From contig NC_087436.1 in NCBI RefSeq assembly GCF_036321535.1, positions 84,260,001 to 84,324,000 of the forward strand: 64,000 bases of DNA, written 5' to 3'. How positions within the stretch are numbered: position 1 is the stretch's first letter; every line of letters begins with the position of its first letter. Positions 1-13,626 of this stretch are shown here, piece by piece. A program made the position numbers and the translations under genes. Under the pieces are notes generated by a model. That model saw nothing but the letters and a program-made list of their open reading frames with translations, made no database searches and was not told the origin of the DNA. This stretch comes from Camelus dromedarius (taxonomy: Eukaryota).

Positions 1-811
1 GTCCTTTGGAGATGACTAGAACTGAGGTTTACAGAGCAGGAGTGAAGAAAGGGGGAGGCCATGACTCTCCCGCTTTCATTAGCATGGTACCCGATTCAGG
101 GTTCCACAATTTAAAAGGAGGGAGAGTCCTTTCAACTAGCTCAAAAGAGCTCCTAGATGACTAAATAATAAAAAAGATCAAGTCAGTAAAGAGTGGCAAA
201 AGGACCAGATGTTATTTAAATTGGATAAGAGAAGGCCAGAAAGCCATTTGATGCTGGTGTTGAAAAGCATGGAGCATGGTCAGGGAGGTCAATGACCGGC
301 TAGTCACCTTGATCTTTGGGGGAAAAAACCAAGCCCAAGGACCCCAAGGATTGGAATAGGCTGGAGCATGAAGGGGATGAGGTGAGGCATGAAGTATTCC
401 CTCATTATGCAAAAAATACATTAGACAGAATTATACAGGCAAGCTCTGAAAGGCAGGGCAGTCCAACAATCTTTTAATTTTTAAAGTTTTTTTTTCTTTA
501 GGCTCACATTAACATATTACTGAATTCGTAGTACACACAAGACCCTTCCTACGTTTTACATCTCATTCTATTTCTTCTACTGTCCTGCTCTCCCTCTTTC
601 TTCCTCTGTCTTTGAACTCAACACCATATTTTTATGATCTGCCTATGTGACTGATTATACTTCTAGTATTTCCAATGCATTACTTCTAACTCCTTTTAAT
701 TTATTTTATTTTATTTTACTTCTTTTTTAAAAATATTTTTTATTGATTTATATTCTAACTCCTTTTTAATAGTCTGCTATTTATACACACTATTGGCTTA
801 TCTAATCCTCT

Positions 812-885
812 AGTTTTTTTTTTTTTTTTTTGGAGGGGGGTAGGTAATGAAGTTTATTTTTTAATGGAGGTATTGGGGATTTTAC
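812..885 (-). mobile_element. 5'-truncated tRNA-derived SINE (Vic-1-like), 3' part only
   Basis: Poly-T, then ...aatggaggtattgggg, matching the reverse complement of the SINE 3' half seen at 29010-29060. Confidence 0.6.
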
Positions 886-1499
886 CCATAATCCTGTAAT
901 GTTGACCATTTCTTCTGCCTCCAGTTCTCACAAATGATGCCATAATGAATATCCTAATATGTATGTATACTCAACCACCCTGTAGATCTCGTTGGTGGGA
1001 GACAGGGGTAGGGAGAGGGGTAGGCTAGATGGCTTATGTTTTCCTTAAGCAATGTGGAATATTAAATCGTCTGTAAGAAATGGAGACACATGATATCACA
1101 AGTTCTAGTCTAGTATTTCAAACATTTAGAAGCTTCTCTGAGTTCCTTAGGACTTTACTAAGCCTTTAATAAGTAACTGAAATAATTTTCTGGAACTTAA
1201 AGAGTATAATTTTCAGCAATTTCCCCCTCTCAATATCATTTTCTTAAACTTGGGCTAGTCAGTTCTAGAACTACTTCATTTCTCTGTATTAGTGGTTTAT
1301 TACTGGACAAAGCAAATGAAATGTTTTAAGAAATCTTGTTAGGCATAAGGTTGAGTGAAGTTTCTACAATGTTTTGCTGCTTTAATGATTGCAAAACCTG
1401 ATATCATTCAGTTGCTCAACATTATACCCTGAATCACTGGGAAAGCTGGATTAGAACCTTAATAATGGTATCTTGTATCTCTATAGTGTTTATAATTTA

Positions 1500-1690
1500 T
1501 AGTGCTATTCATAAACTTAATCCATCTCATTGAATCCTACAACAGCCGTGTGAGACAGGTGGGGCAGGACTGTAGCTTCAATTATAGATGAAGAAACAAA
1601 GGTTCAAAGCAATTAAGTGAGTTGTCCAAAGTCACTTGGAGATTTAAGTGGTTCTGGTGGAAGGAGAGTGCAGATCTTCTGAGCCTCCCC
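1500..1690 (-). mobile_element. MIR SINE
   Basis: catctcattgaatcctacaac ... agatgaagaaac ... aagtgagttgtccaaagtcac, the MIR core in reverse. Confidence 0.7.
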
Positions 1691-2507
1691 ATCCAGCCTC
1701 TTTCTGCAATATGACGTCTGATGCTCAGAGGAATGATCTACTGTAGGTTCAGAGCTAGCTTTCTGGTGTATCTGTCCTTTTCAATTATTTCATGATGGCA
1801 ATGAGTAGGCTAGAACTGCACGTCCTCTGTTTATCCCATTAGCTGAACACCTGTTCATAAAAACCACTCAGTTGGGGAAGGGAGGAAATAAGGCCCATGT
1901 AACTGAGTATCATGGCAACAAGCAGCATGCATGGTTGGACTTTGACATAAGTTGGAGCTCTACAAAGAACCAGGTGTGTGTCATTTTATCCACTACCAAA
2001 AGTACAGTCATAAAATCAGAATGGTAGTTGGACCATAAAAAATAATGATTGATTCAAGTATATTTGTGCAAAGAGATAATTCCATTCTATCAAAGAGTCT
2101 TTTTGGCAAACGCACAAACAACCTGAGGAAGTTATGCGTTTTATTAGGCAGGTTTCAACGGACTGTGAACGGGCAGCCTAAACATCTATGGGTCACGCAT
2201 GTGCAACCCATGAAGGTCCCTAACTACCATTCCTTACTAGGCAGTTAGGGCTTAGGCAGCAACATCGTAGAACCCGGAATACATTTTCGAAAACAATAAA
2301 TCATGATGACATGTTCTCAGAATTACAAATGAACAGCCCTTTTCAGACTCAAGCCCTGGGAATGAAAACATTTTCAGAAAGAAACTCTAATCTCTTAACA
2401 TTCTAAAGTGACCAAATGGTTTATTGCTACTAGATTTTTAAAATACCAGACGGATTTCCATCAACAGCATTATCAACATTTAAGTTTTTGACCATTCCTC
2501 CTTTTCT

Positions 2508-2816
2508 TATTTTTTACTGAAATATAGTTGATTTACAATGTTGTATTAGTTTCAGGTATACAGCAAAGTGATTCAGTTATATATATATATATGTATATAC
2601 ATTCTTTTTCATTACAGCTCATTAGAAGATATTGAATATAGTTTCCTGTGCTATACAGTAGGACTTTGTTCTTTATCTATTTTACATATAGTAGTTTGTA
2701 TCTGTTAATCCTAAACTCCTAATTTATCCCTCTCCCCTTTCCCTTTTGATAACCATAAGTTTGTTTTCCATATCTGTGAGTCTGTTTCGGTTTTGTAAAT
2801 AAGTTCATTTGTATAG
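2508..2816 (-). mobile_element. Young L1 3' end fragment with TSD
   Basis: L1 3'UTR motif (tgtgctatacagtagg). Flanked by cattcctccttttct (2493-2507) and catttctccttttct (2817-2831). Confidence 0.85.
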
Positions 2817-3699
2817 CATTTCTCCTTTTCTATGCAAAAAACACACACATCTCACTACTGACTTAATTAATCTAATTAATGTTCTCCTAAATAAAACATA
2901 ATTAGGAAGCTAAATGGGTGACAAAAATTAATAACATACTCTAAAACATAAAAAGAATATTTGTCTGCCATTTTGACTTATTTGTGCCGTTTTTCCTCGC
3001 CATAAACTATTTAGTAAGTTGATCTCTTTGTTACTTGCTTCTAAGCTTAATGGTGCAAATTTCTCTTTATGTTTAATGGTTTTCTTTAGAAATATTGAGA
3101 CCCTCCCCATAACAGAACTCTATTTGTCTAATTTCTTGGCATATTAGGGCATCAGACATTTTTAAAGATGAGATTTGATGATCCAACTTAATTCACAAGT
3201 CTCACGCCTCCTGTATTATCTGGTTGGAAAAGCCCTGGGCACGTGGCTGTGCTCCGTGGAAATCTCTAGTACAAGCCATTTTTGTTCTTTTGTTTATATT
3301 TGATCACAGGACCAAATTCTGTTTGAGATGTAATGGATAGTCACAATTACTAAGCATTGACACCACTATACTAACAATACCCAAAGCAGGCAGAGGTCCA
3401 AGGGCTATTCACCCTACTAGATACACCTCTTTTATACATATTCAAACTGCAATAGAAGTGAAAGATCAGCAAATTTGAAGTTATAGTATATCCTCTTACC
3501 TTTAACCACAGAGCTGCAGCAGTATGCTTTCTTAAGAGCAAGAAGCAGCCTCCTGTTCAACACTTCGGTTAGGTTTCTATCCTCTAAGGTCCAAACAGAC
3601 CTGCATTTTACTAATCCATAACAGCAGCTCAGATGCCAAAGTTCAACAGGACTTTACTATCCCGCACCCAAGTGAGAAATTCAACATTTTACATATAAT

Positions 3700-3827
3700 A
3701 AGGGGATCAGATGTCTAGGTCTGCCTGAGACATTTCTGATACAAGCCGGTTGTTCTGATGTAATTATTCATAGCACATACTTTACACTGGTGTTCCAGAT
3801 TGGATGACAAATTATATGGTCATGATA
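3700..3827. mobile_element. MER81-like hAT-Blackjack MITE
   Basis: taattattcatagcac ... tgttccagattggatgacaaattatatggtca resembles the MER81 consensus as I remember it. Confidence 0.6.
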
Positions 3828-4273
3828 ATCTAACAGATAGGCTGAATATTAAACAGCACCGTGGTTCAAAATGTTTCATGAGCTTCGCAGTTGTCCTCTG
3901 AAGTAGAAACTAGGCACCAAGTGTTCAGCAAATCAGGGGTTCAGCCTAGAACAGGCCACTGTACTCCCCTTTCTCAGGTCAACGACATCAGTGAACTGTT
4001 GACGAGGACTAATGTGATAAAGTGAAACCCAGGCCATTCTGATCATAGCAATTTTAGAAGGGAAATAATCTCAGAGGTTTGGGCTCAGTAGCTTCACTTT
4101 TCTGGATGAAGAAATAATCATAACACTCCCAGAAATGTGTACGTTATTTTACAGTTTTCCAAGTTGTTTCACAAGCATAATAATCTCACTGATTGCAACT
4201 GAAGTAAATAGGCAAGGAAGGGTGTTTTTAGTCATATTTTACATAGAAGAGAACTAAGTTTCAAATAAGTTAA

Positions 4274-4323
4274 TAAACAAACAAACAAACAAACAAACCA
4301 AACAACCAACCAACCAACCAACC
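4274..4323 (+). repeat. Compound microsatellite (AAAC)n-(AACC)n inside a MIR
   Basis: Seen directly; flanked by reverse MIR core sequence at about 4125-4420. Confidence 0.9.
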
Positions 4324-6218
4324 TCAGCCAAGGTCATATGACTTTAAGCAGAGGAGTGAAAGCTGAAATCCAGGTCTGACCCCTTGCCCAGTCCCAGTGC
4401 TCTTTTCATTATTCCACACCACTCTAGTATTTTCACTTATTAATGAGGATCTAACATGTATCCCCTACATATAATTTATCTATTAAAGATGCACAGATGT
4501 TCCCTCTGTAACTCATGCTAGCTACTGAAAAGAACTTTATTTCTGCTTCTCTTTCTCTTCCCATCTACAAAGAGCTCCGGCAGCAATGAAACTGTTCTTG
4601 CCTGACAGCGCCACTTAGAGGCTGACTCAGGAAACACGAGGTACAAAATCTTGCCTATCCCCTTCTTCCTTGTCCCCTGGGTAGAAGGTGAGGAGGAGAG
4701 GGCCATGCAATGTAACTCCTGGTTTTTTCTTTATCGTTCACCATTCATATCATTAATCATCTCTCAGATGACCTACTTTTCACATCAACACTTCTCAACA
4801 TGCCTTTCTTTTCTTCCTCTTTCCCCCTCCTTATTTCATCTATGACAAATGCAGCTTTAATTATTATGCCTTTATAGCAAGATAAAGAAAAGTCATCCTT
4901 CTTGAAATGAAAATAGAGTTCAATCAACATACATTCAACAAGTACTCACTGCACACCTAACAATGTGTCAGGACTGTTCTAAATACTTGGAATACATCAG
5001 AGTTGTGCTACAAACCTCTAATAGCCTCAAAAGTTCCCTGAAAACCCCTTTAGTATCTGCACCAAAACCTCATCTCATTAAGCCAAATTTTAATTAGAAC
5101 AACTTTTTTTAAGCATTTGCTTTCAAAATGAATAAATTATTTCTTATTATATTTCACAAGGATATTTCCACAGAATTATTTTCTATATTTTTTCCAATTA
5201 GAAACATATAACAATTCAGTTAACCCTCCCTTTTGTGAGTTAGCCTGGGCTTTGATGCACAATTTATAGTGTTTTTACTGGAGGAAATATTTTCTGAATT
5301 CATAACAATCACTGTGGAGATAGACCTTTGGAAAAGTAAGCTGTTTACAAAATGGAGATCTCCCCTAAGGAGATTATGGAAATGGGATTGCCCTCTTTCA
5401 TTTGCCCATGTATTTTAAGGAGGTAGACTAAATGCTCCACTTACTCACAGAAGAAGCCTAAGGTTTCATTGTTGTCTTTCACCGTTTTTCCATGTTTTCA
5501 CATACCAATCTTTGGATTAGAACATGATAAGCTGGGCTATCAGCGAAAAGGACTCAATGTGCATACAAAGAGTTGTAGGTCCAGGGTTAATTAATGATTA
5601 ATTCACTGCTGGAAGTCATTCACAGACACCCTCCCTTCCAACAGCTCTTTTCATAATATCTTGCTAGTTTCCCTAAGTGGCTGTAGAAAGGCTGGACCGC
5701 GGAGGGACTTGTTCCAACAATAGTTTCAGGAGGTTCCTTAATCAAGTCAACAAAACTCTGTACATGTAGAGATTAAGGAGCAGCACTAGTCATAAGATCT
5801 AGCTGGTCTGGTTGAAGCCAATCTTTCTATTCCATTCTATCTGATGCTGTAACTTCTCCTCATTTGTATACAGTATTACTCACATAATGTCATCTTTCAA
5901 TTTTGTCTGTACCAATGAAAGAAAAGTATGTGGGAAAAGAAAGCTAACCTGGCTGGTGGTGCTGGTGGTATTAACTGAAATCACTAGCTAATCCATTTAG
6001 CTAGGTCAGAGCTATGTCTGGTCACCAAGGTTGAGAAATGTGTCCCAGGGAGGGAAGCACTGCTCCCAGGCTAGCCCCGCCTCCCCAGGACACCAGAGCG
6101 GATGGAGGACACCACCTCAGGCCTGTCCCAGGTGCACCACTCAGCTTTACTGCCCCTCTTTCCACAACCACCTACCAAGGCACTTCTTTCTTCATAGCTA
6201 CTCAGTACACAGAGGAAA

Positions 6219-6476
6219 TGCAGTGTAGTGGTTAAAAACATGGATACAGAAGATGGACTTTCTAGGTTTTGATCCCTGCTCTGCCACTCCCTTGATCTGT
6301 GATTTGGGAAAGGTTTCCATTGATATCAGTTTACATGTGTGTAAAATGGAGACAGTATGAGTACCTATCACATAGTGTTACTATTCCTTTAAGGATTAAA
6401 TGAGTTAATACATCTAAGACATTTAGGGCTGTGCCTGGCACAAAGCAATTACTAAAGAAATATGTTGCTGTTGTTG
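6219..6476 (+). mobile_element. Near full-length MIR SINE
   Basis: gtgtagtggttaa head, tgtaaaatgg core, ggattaaatgagttaataca and gtgcctggcaca tail. Confidence 0.85.
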
Positions 6477-9194
6477 TTAGAACAGGTGAGATTTCTGTAC
6501 CCGATTCAAAAATACGGATCAACTCTGTGTTTTGGCGGCAGTGAAGACCAACAGATATTAGGAGGCTAGAACGTTATTTTTTCCAATGTTCTGTTTTGGT
6601 TTTGAACATGGCGGGTCCTGGTTGTTGAAAACACAGAGCACTGTCTTCCTAACTTATGTCCTAAATCAAGTCATGCCAGATGCAACTGGTTGAGTTCAGT
6701 TCAACATACATACAATGAGCACCGGTTAAGTGTCAGACACTCCTAATGAAGGCTAGAGATACATAAATGTATGAGAAATGACATATCTGCCATAGGAGAG
6801 CATATAACTTGCTGGGGAAGACAAGCCATAAACAGGTTATTTGAAAACAACTTCAGTTTGGTCATTATTCTCACAAACCAAGAGAGCCTGAAAAAAATCT
6901 ACTCAACAATTCATAGAGTATTTGTTCCTGCTTGTTAGTGACTTCCTCACTGCTCATCTTCTGTCCTATTAATGCTTCCACATTAATAGATGAAAGAAAA
7001 GTAGACGTTGAGGAGTGGTGATGAGGAATGAGCAAAGAAACTAGTATTTTGGTGAAAATACCAACAATTAAGTTCAAATCAATGTACAATGCATAGAGGG
7101 GCTAATGAAAAAAACAGCCCACCCCCACCCTGTTAGTCTTGAGACGCTCCAGCCAGTGATACATTTTACAATGAAGCAACATATACAGCATTTGATTTTT
7201 TTTTTAAAGGTTCTGATTTCAACCATAGTGCTTTACCATTTCAGAAAGATTTTAAAAAGGGATTAAAGCCCAGAAAAAGTGACACTTATAAGTGATTCTT
7301 ACTAGTTTCCCACCCGGAAGACACCCTACTGAACACCTTGCTCACAGTCACATAAAGAACAATAGTAGCTCCCATAAGCAAGCACTTCACACTTTAGAAA
7401 CAGTTCTTCTACAATGATATCATATGAGCCTTACAGCAGAGCTGCGAGCTCGACTCGGGGGTGTATTATTATATCCTCTTTCCACATGAAAGAAATGGAG
7501 GCTCAGCAAAGTGATGTTTCAAATGATTAGAACTCGGGATTTCTATTTGATCTTTTTACTACATTAACTCAAATTTCATTTTGCTCTTAATTCTGCTGGG
7601 TTTCCTGAAACAGAGGAGCTTCTAAGGCAAGAGGAAAGCAAATCAAAAGAGGAGGACCTGGAAATTACTAAGCTGAATTAGCAGCTACACAGAGCACAGA
7701 GACAAGTACGCATCCGATATGCAGCACTTAGAAGAAGGCACTTCATATTTTTAAGCCTTGGCTTAACTACTAAAAGATATGCCATCCAAGAGCAGGGCTG
7801 AAATATTGAAAACCAAACCTTGATAACATCTTTGCCTGACAAATCTTGGGGAATAAGAGGTACTTGGGATGGGATGGTCACTGGCGACCAGCTGGAATGT
7901 CATGAATTCAAGCACTGGTTGGCATCTCCGTCTTCCTGTCCCACAGAGTTAAGTGCAGCGTGTTCTATGAGAACAGCGTGCTTGTCGTTGTGAGCTGGCT
8001 GGTGGCTCTGCATGTGCCTGTGGCTGTGACACTGGGTCAAAAGTTAAGAGCGCAGATCTTACTTGACAAACGTGAATAAATCTTCCCAGTTCATCTGTAC
8101 CTCAAAATGTGGGCTCAGAACAAATTTGAAAGGGGCGTTCCCATTCTCTCTGTTGCCTTGGTGTCAAGTAGACCCTAGGACTTTCCCAGGAGATTGAGGA
8201 GGTCTTCAGGAGGGCTGCAGCAGGTGCTAAGGGAAGGAGGCTGGAGAGACCACAGTGGGTCAGCAATGGCCTGGCTGCCCCAGTCCCATTTCTTCACTAA
8301 AATTAGAGCTCAAAGGTCCAAATGGGCAACTCGGTGATCCCTTAGAATTTCTGACATCAATAGAGCATAGAGGAAGACAGTTTGGAAGTATACATCAATC
8401 TTAATGCTCATGACATTACGAACTGCCTTGACTGCTGTGGCCAGAATAAACGGTAGAATTCTGAGCCTACTTCTGATGCTGTAGACCAGTTAGCCTTTCT
8501 CGACTACAAAACAGGACTAATTCCATTCTGATTTCTAAGAGAGGATTGTGAGAGAAACTAAAAGAGCTAACACCAACCTGCCTTTGAACAGGAGCTGGGC
8601 ACCCCATGATCACGGTATTGCGGTCGAGATACTGAGCACATTATTTGATTTCACATGTTTATATACTGTTTTGAGCCCACAGTCTAATAGTCTCTCTCTT
8701 TTACACTTCCTGTCTATCCCTACATCCTTTTTTCTTCCTTATTCAGTCATTTTACACACACCTTGGTAGTTTTCAATTGGAGACTTTGATATTTGCTTTG
8801 GGGGAGGGAGGAATAAATTGATATGGTTAACATATTTTTTAAAATGTAGAGTCAAGTCCTGACTCCCAGGAGCGCTGTAGAAGGGATGATAGTAACATTT
8901 TTAGCATTATACAGACAAAAGGTCTACTGTAATTAGTTTTCCATACATCTGTCATATTGTTCCTGGTAACCAGTGGAAATAACAAGCGAGCTTTGAGATA
9001 GTCTAAACTCTCCAAAAATACCTCAAATCTCCTCTGAGCTGGAACAGGAAATACTTTTATCCAGTAAATAGTAAACATATGGAACCTTTTAGCCTCAAGA
9101 AGTTGAGTAGGCTGGAAACATAAATAGCTTCAAGAAGGTTTAGATATTATTCATGGAAAAAAGAATATATAACAATTTGGGGGAAAGTTTAGAA

Positions 9195-9700
9195 GTTTGA
9201 CAAGTGTTGATGAGGATATAGAGCAAAGGAAACGCTATATACTGCTGGTGGGAGTATGATTTGTTCAAAACTTTGGAAAAGAAGTTGGTATTACATTGTA
9301 AAGCTACTAGTCACATTCCTTATGACCAGTTCCACTTCTAAAGAAACCATCTGAGATGTGCTTCAGAGGACATATACAAAAATGTTCAGAGACGCAACAC
9401 TTATCATAGGAAAACACTGGAAACAACCCAAATATCCACCGACAGGCAAAGACCTAAACAAATGGTAGTATATTCACTACATGGAAGCAGCACTAAATAT
9501 CAATGAATTTCTCTACACGCAGAAATATGGATGAATCTTGGAAATGTGTTGATGAACAAAGCAATTCACAGAAGAATTATATTTAGAATGATACCATTTT
9601 ATCTCAAAAATATAAAAACCCCCAAAAAAGTTCTCATAGGGATCCATACATATGTGATAGAACTAATTTTAAAAAGCAAAGGAATAATTTTTAAGAAAAA
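9195..9700 (+). mobile_element. Old L1 (L1M-type) ORF2 end / 3'UTR fragment
   Basis: actgctggtgggagt, ctggaaacaacccaaatatcca and atggatgaatctt L1 motifs. Confidence 0.75.
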
Positions 9701-12700
9701 AATTAAATTTTCTAATTTCAAGGTAATAAATGTGAAAAAACAGAAAAATATCAAGAAAAAAATTTAGGTCATCTGTAGTCCCACAATATAGATATAAACA
9801 CTGTTAATATTTTGTTGTATTTTCCTCCAGTTTTTGTAATATGTAAAACTGGAATCAATATAGCATTTTAAAAATGTATTTTCCTGTTTAGATTTGGAAT
9901 CTTATTTCCCTGAAGACAGCAGTGATGCTAGGTGTATATGGTACATTCATAATCTAATGTTCAGTTTTAAGTTGTATTATGTAAATCTATAAGAATGATA
10001 ACTTAAACTTTAGCATTTCCCTCCCTGAAGCTGAAGAATTTAGAGAAGGACAATCACTTGTCACGGTTGCCAGATGTCTTCCACTGTAATCTTTGGCTTC
10101 CAAATCAACGATGGAAATTTGTATGATGAGGTGAAAGGAATTTTCCCTCTGATGGCCTGCTTGCTTAAACTATGATCTCAACACAAAGGGATCTGTATTA
10201 TTTCTGAATTTTTGAAAGCATGAAGAAGTTTCTCTTAGTAGTTCATAATTTTAAAGACGGTTTCCACTTTCCTGGCCATATATACAAAAGGTAAACAGCA
10301 TAATATCTAAATTTCCTCTCCAATGTGTATTTTTAAAAGCCTATTCTTTTAAAAGTACCTCAAACTACTGTCTACTCCAGTGTTGAGATGATATAGAGAA
10401 TCAGTTAGAAGGTATTTTAAAGCATTTTCATGGTATAAGGTATAAGAAGTTCTAAACACTTATTGTTGATTTTAATGATTAAGTTGCAAAATCTTGTGAG
10501 AGCTGAAATACTATTTGTGTCTCCCCATGCTGGATTCCTACAATGTGGTTTTGGTTCAGGAGGTCTGCAGTAGGTCTGGACATTTCTACAGGTGATTCTG
10601 AGGCCCAGCCAGGCATGAGAACCACTGTTCTAAGCTTAAGGACATTAACCACCAGGTTCATATTTTAAAAACAAATAAAAACAGAAACAAAAACTCCTTT
10701 CTTTTAAACCCAGCCTTGTGTTAGCCTGGGGAAGCAGATCCGTATTCCACTTCTATTTGTCGCTTTCTGGGAGACGCTGACATCTTGGGAGATTCCCTCC
10801 TTGCACTCCATCCAGAGTAGTTCAGTAAGTGACAAGTGAGGAAATGCTGTCCCCTTCCAAAGACCCACCACTTCTCTTGGGGAAATGGTAGCACTTTATT
10901 TTTCTCTCTTAAGAAAATACAGAATGCTTTAAGAGCCCTTTGTTTCCAGAAAGTCCGTGAACATAAAGGAGATTCAGGCTAAAGGAAAGTGGGAGACAGC
11001 CCTACAGAATGATCCCTCTGCTTTCTTTACTTTTGGCCAGCTCACCACGGAGCTGCTGCTGAAGACCATCTACCATTGATAACCTTTTCTGCTATCAGTG
11101 GCATTACAGAGAGGTCAGAAAGGCTGGGAGAGGGAGGAGAAGATGGAAAATGTGAGCCCAAAGTGATTTCTGCAGGTTCCAGTTTGTGGCACTCTTCATG
11201 AGCTGGTTCGTGTAGGTCGATACTTTAAACGTCTACAGGATTAGGGGACAAAGGTAAGGCTGTCAGATCTGAACAACTGTCTACCCAGGCATCAGAATTT
11301 AGAAAACAGCCAGCAGTTTTCATTTAACATTTTGAAAAGGTTTGTGCATCGTCTTTCCCCAACCACAAAAGAAAACACAACCACAGGGCAGATTACTCTT
11401 TGAATGTTTCATAAGGTATTAATAACCACAGCAACAGTAGAACTTGTGCTCAAAGTTTAAGAAGCTTTAAAATATCTTTAGTTCATTTCATCTGACATTG
11501 TTTAGACTACCTTCAGAGATAGTTTTCAACAGTTTCCTTACTGGAAAGAGTTGAGAAGTTTTATAAGGCCAGGGTTTACTAGGGTGACTTGATTTATAAG
11601 TTTCCTTTGAAAGAACGAGAGGGAGAGAAGAAATGGAGCAGTAGCAGCAAACACTCATCCCAACCAAAGAGAGCTGAAATAGCAGACTGCGTTTTATGGA
11701 GAAATAACAGGTAGATCTGACCACCATAGTTAGACCTTTCATGCTCATTTCTAGAAATCAAGTTTGTTTGTTTGTTTGGTGTACCTTAGAGAAGTAGGTA
11801 CTTTCAAATGGTCCTCCCACAAGTCTCCTTGGCAGCCAGCCAAGTCCACTGGACCTCAACCAGCTACCCTAAGGAGTACTTTAAAGTCAAGTGAGACCTA
11901 TCCACGAAGCCTCATACAAAGTCCTGTAACAGGAAGCCACAAAAATATAGTAAGAGAAAATGCACCTGATTAAGTGTAATAAATGTAAGCATATGAGTCA
12001 CACTTGAATTATATAATAGCAATGAAAAAAACAGAAAGAGGGGAAGAAGTACATTTAGAACAGTCCTTGAATCTGAGTCCAGTTTAGAAAAACGCATGTT
12101 TGATGAAGATTTCTGAAGGAGTGGGGAGTTTACAAAGAAGCAGCAAAAATGTTCACAGAAGAGCCAGCAGATCTGTGTCACTGGAATTAGATGGAAACTT
12201 TCAAGGGCAAGGAATAAAATCAGAAGCAGCCGTTTCCCTCTCCTGTGTTCTTTCAGGCAAAATGAGCAGTGGTGGGTAGTTCCAGTGGGCAGCTTTGGCT
12301 GGAATTGGTATCTTACAAGGACAGTCAGTGCCCATTCAAAATAGTGACAAGCCCCTGCCTGCATTTAATTTAGACTGTTGCACTCCTGAATTTTTTTTTT
12401 AACAAACTAAAGAGAATGACCTGCTGAGAAGGGTTTAGCAAAGCACAGGCCTGAAACTGAAACTAAGGCTTTCCATTCTACGGTGCTGGTCACTAAGTTC
12501 TTTTCAGCTCTGAAGTTCTCTGTCAAAGAAAGGGGGAGATAGGTGCTAACAGTAGAAGAGGTATTTACAGCCTGGCTTGATCCCATCCTGCTTCGGCACT
12601 GACAGGAATCACTGGGACAGACTTTTAAGTGGGGGAACACAGAACTCTCTAAAAACACAAGGAGATTTCACCATGACCTGACAACTGGCTTGAGCCCAAG

Positions 12701-12942
12701 AATTTCTCACAGTAGAATGGCTTCTTGTCTTACCTGGAAAGCCTCTTCAGGTGACCAAGAGGAGAGGGAAAGACATTTATTTAGGGAGGACAGGATGCAG
12801 GTCACAGTAGAATAGATCTTAACAGCATCAGGGACGTTATGCAGACAGATTGGTGAAGTGTGGCTCATCTCCAGGCACAAACCACATCAAAACCTATTCA
12901 GGACTGTGCTGGATGATTTTGCAATTGTTTGTTAAAACAACA

Positions 12943-12979
12943 AACCAACCTGATTCCCACACTTGTGCTTGTCTTTTAC
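12943..12979 (+). repeat. 37-bp direct repeat, copy 1
   Basis: aaccaacctgattcccacacttgtgcttgtcttttac, identical to 13590-13626. Confidence 0.95.
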
Positions 12980-13589
12980 TGTCAGAAATGGCAGGTCCTG
13001 ACCTGCCTGTGCCAAGTCCTCAGCCAAGAACCTGAAGACTTTTCCTATACTTCAGTACAACTTAAATTTGTGGGGGGAGATGGGGGGGGTCCACATCTGC
13101 CATTGTTTTTGCCCCAGTCCAGGGTTCAGAGAGATGCAGCAGGAAGTCATGTTGCCCAAAATCTGCCAGAGAAATGTTTGGCTGTAAAGTAAGGAAATAC
13201 AAGTGACCTTGATGCTGGAAATGGACCCATTCTCTTGACTTTACAGTTAATTTTAATATAATCACAAAGGATGTCTGATTTAAAAGACAACTGCTGTAGA
13301 CCCTCCTCGGCTGGAAGTCGTCATCTAGGGAGGCACATACTGTACCCTGTGCAACAACGTCCAGGCCACGGTGGGCAGTGAACAGCCGGTTGACTGGAGG
13401 CGTCCGACTCACTGACTTAGTTAGAAAAACTGGAGGTGGAGAGACGGAGGAGGAGGCTGCAGACTGCAGAGTGACTCACACAAGCCCTCAGGTGGAAATT
13501 TCTCCTGATGCTCAGTTCTCGGCCCGAGGAACTGCAGGGGGTAAATAGCGTCTCTGGGGACCTATCTCCACCTCTAAAGGGGAGAGAAT

Positions 13590-13626
13590 AACCAACCTGA
13601 TTCCCACACTTGTGCTTGTCTTTTAC
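13590..13626 (+). repeat. 37-bp direct repeat, copy 2
   Basis: Identical to 12943-12979. Confidence 0.95.

Noticed and set aside
11741..11760. atgctcattt resembling the start of the human extended HOPX isoform exon
   Set aside because: The match is only about 10 nt, is followed by an in-frame TAG, and relies on my memory of the human sequence.
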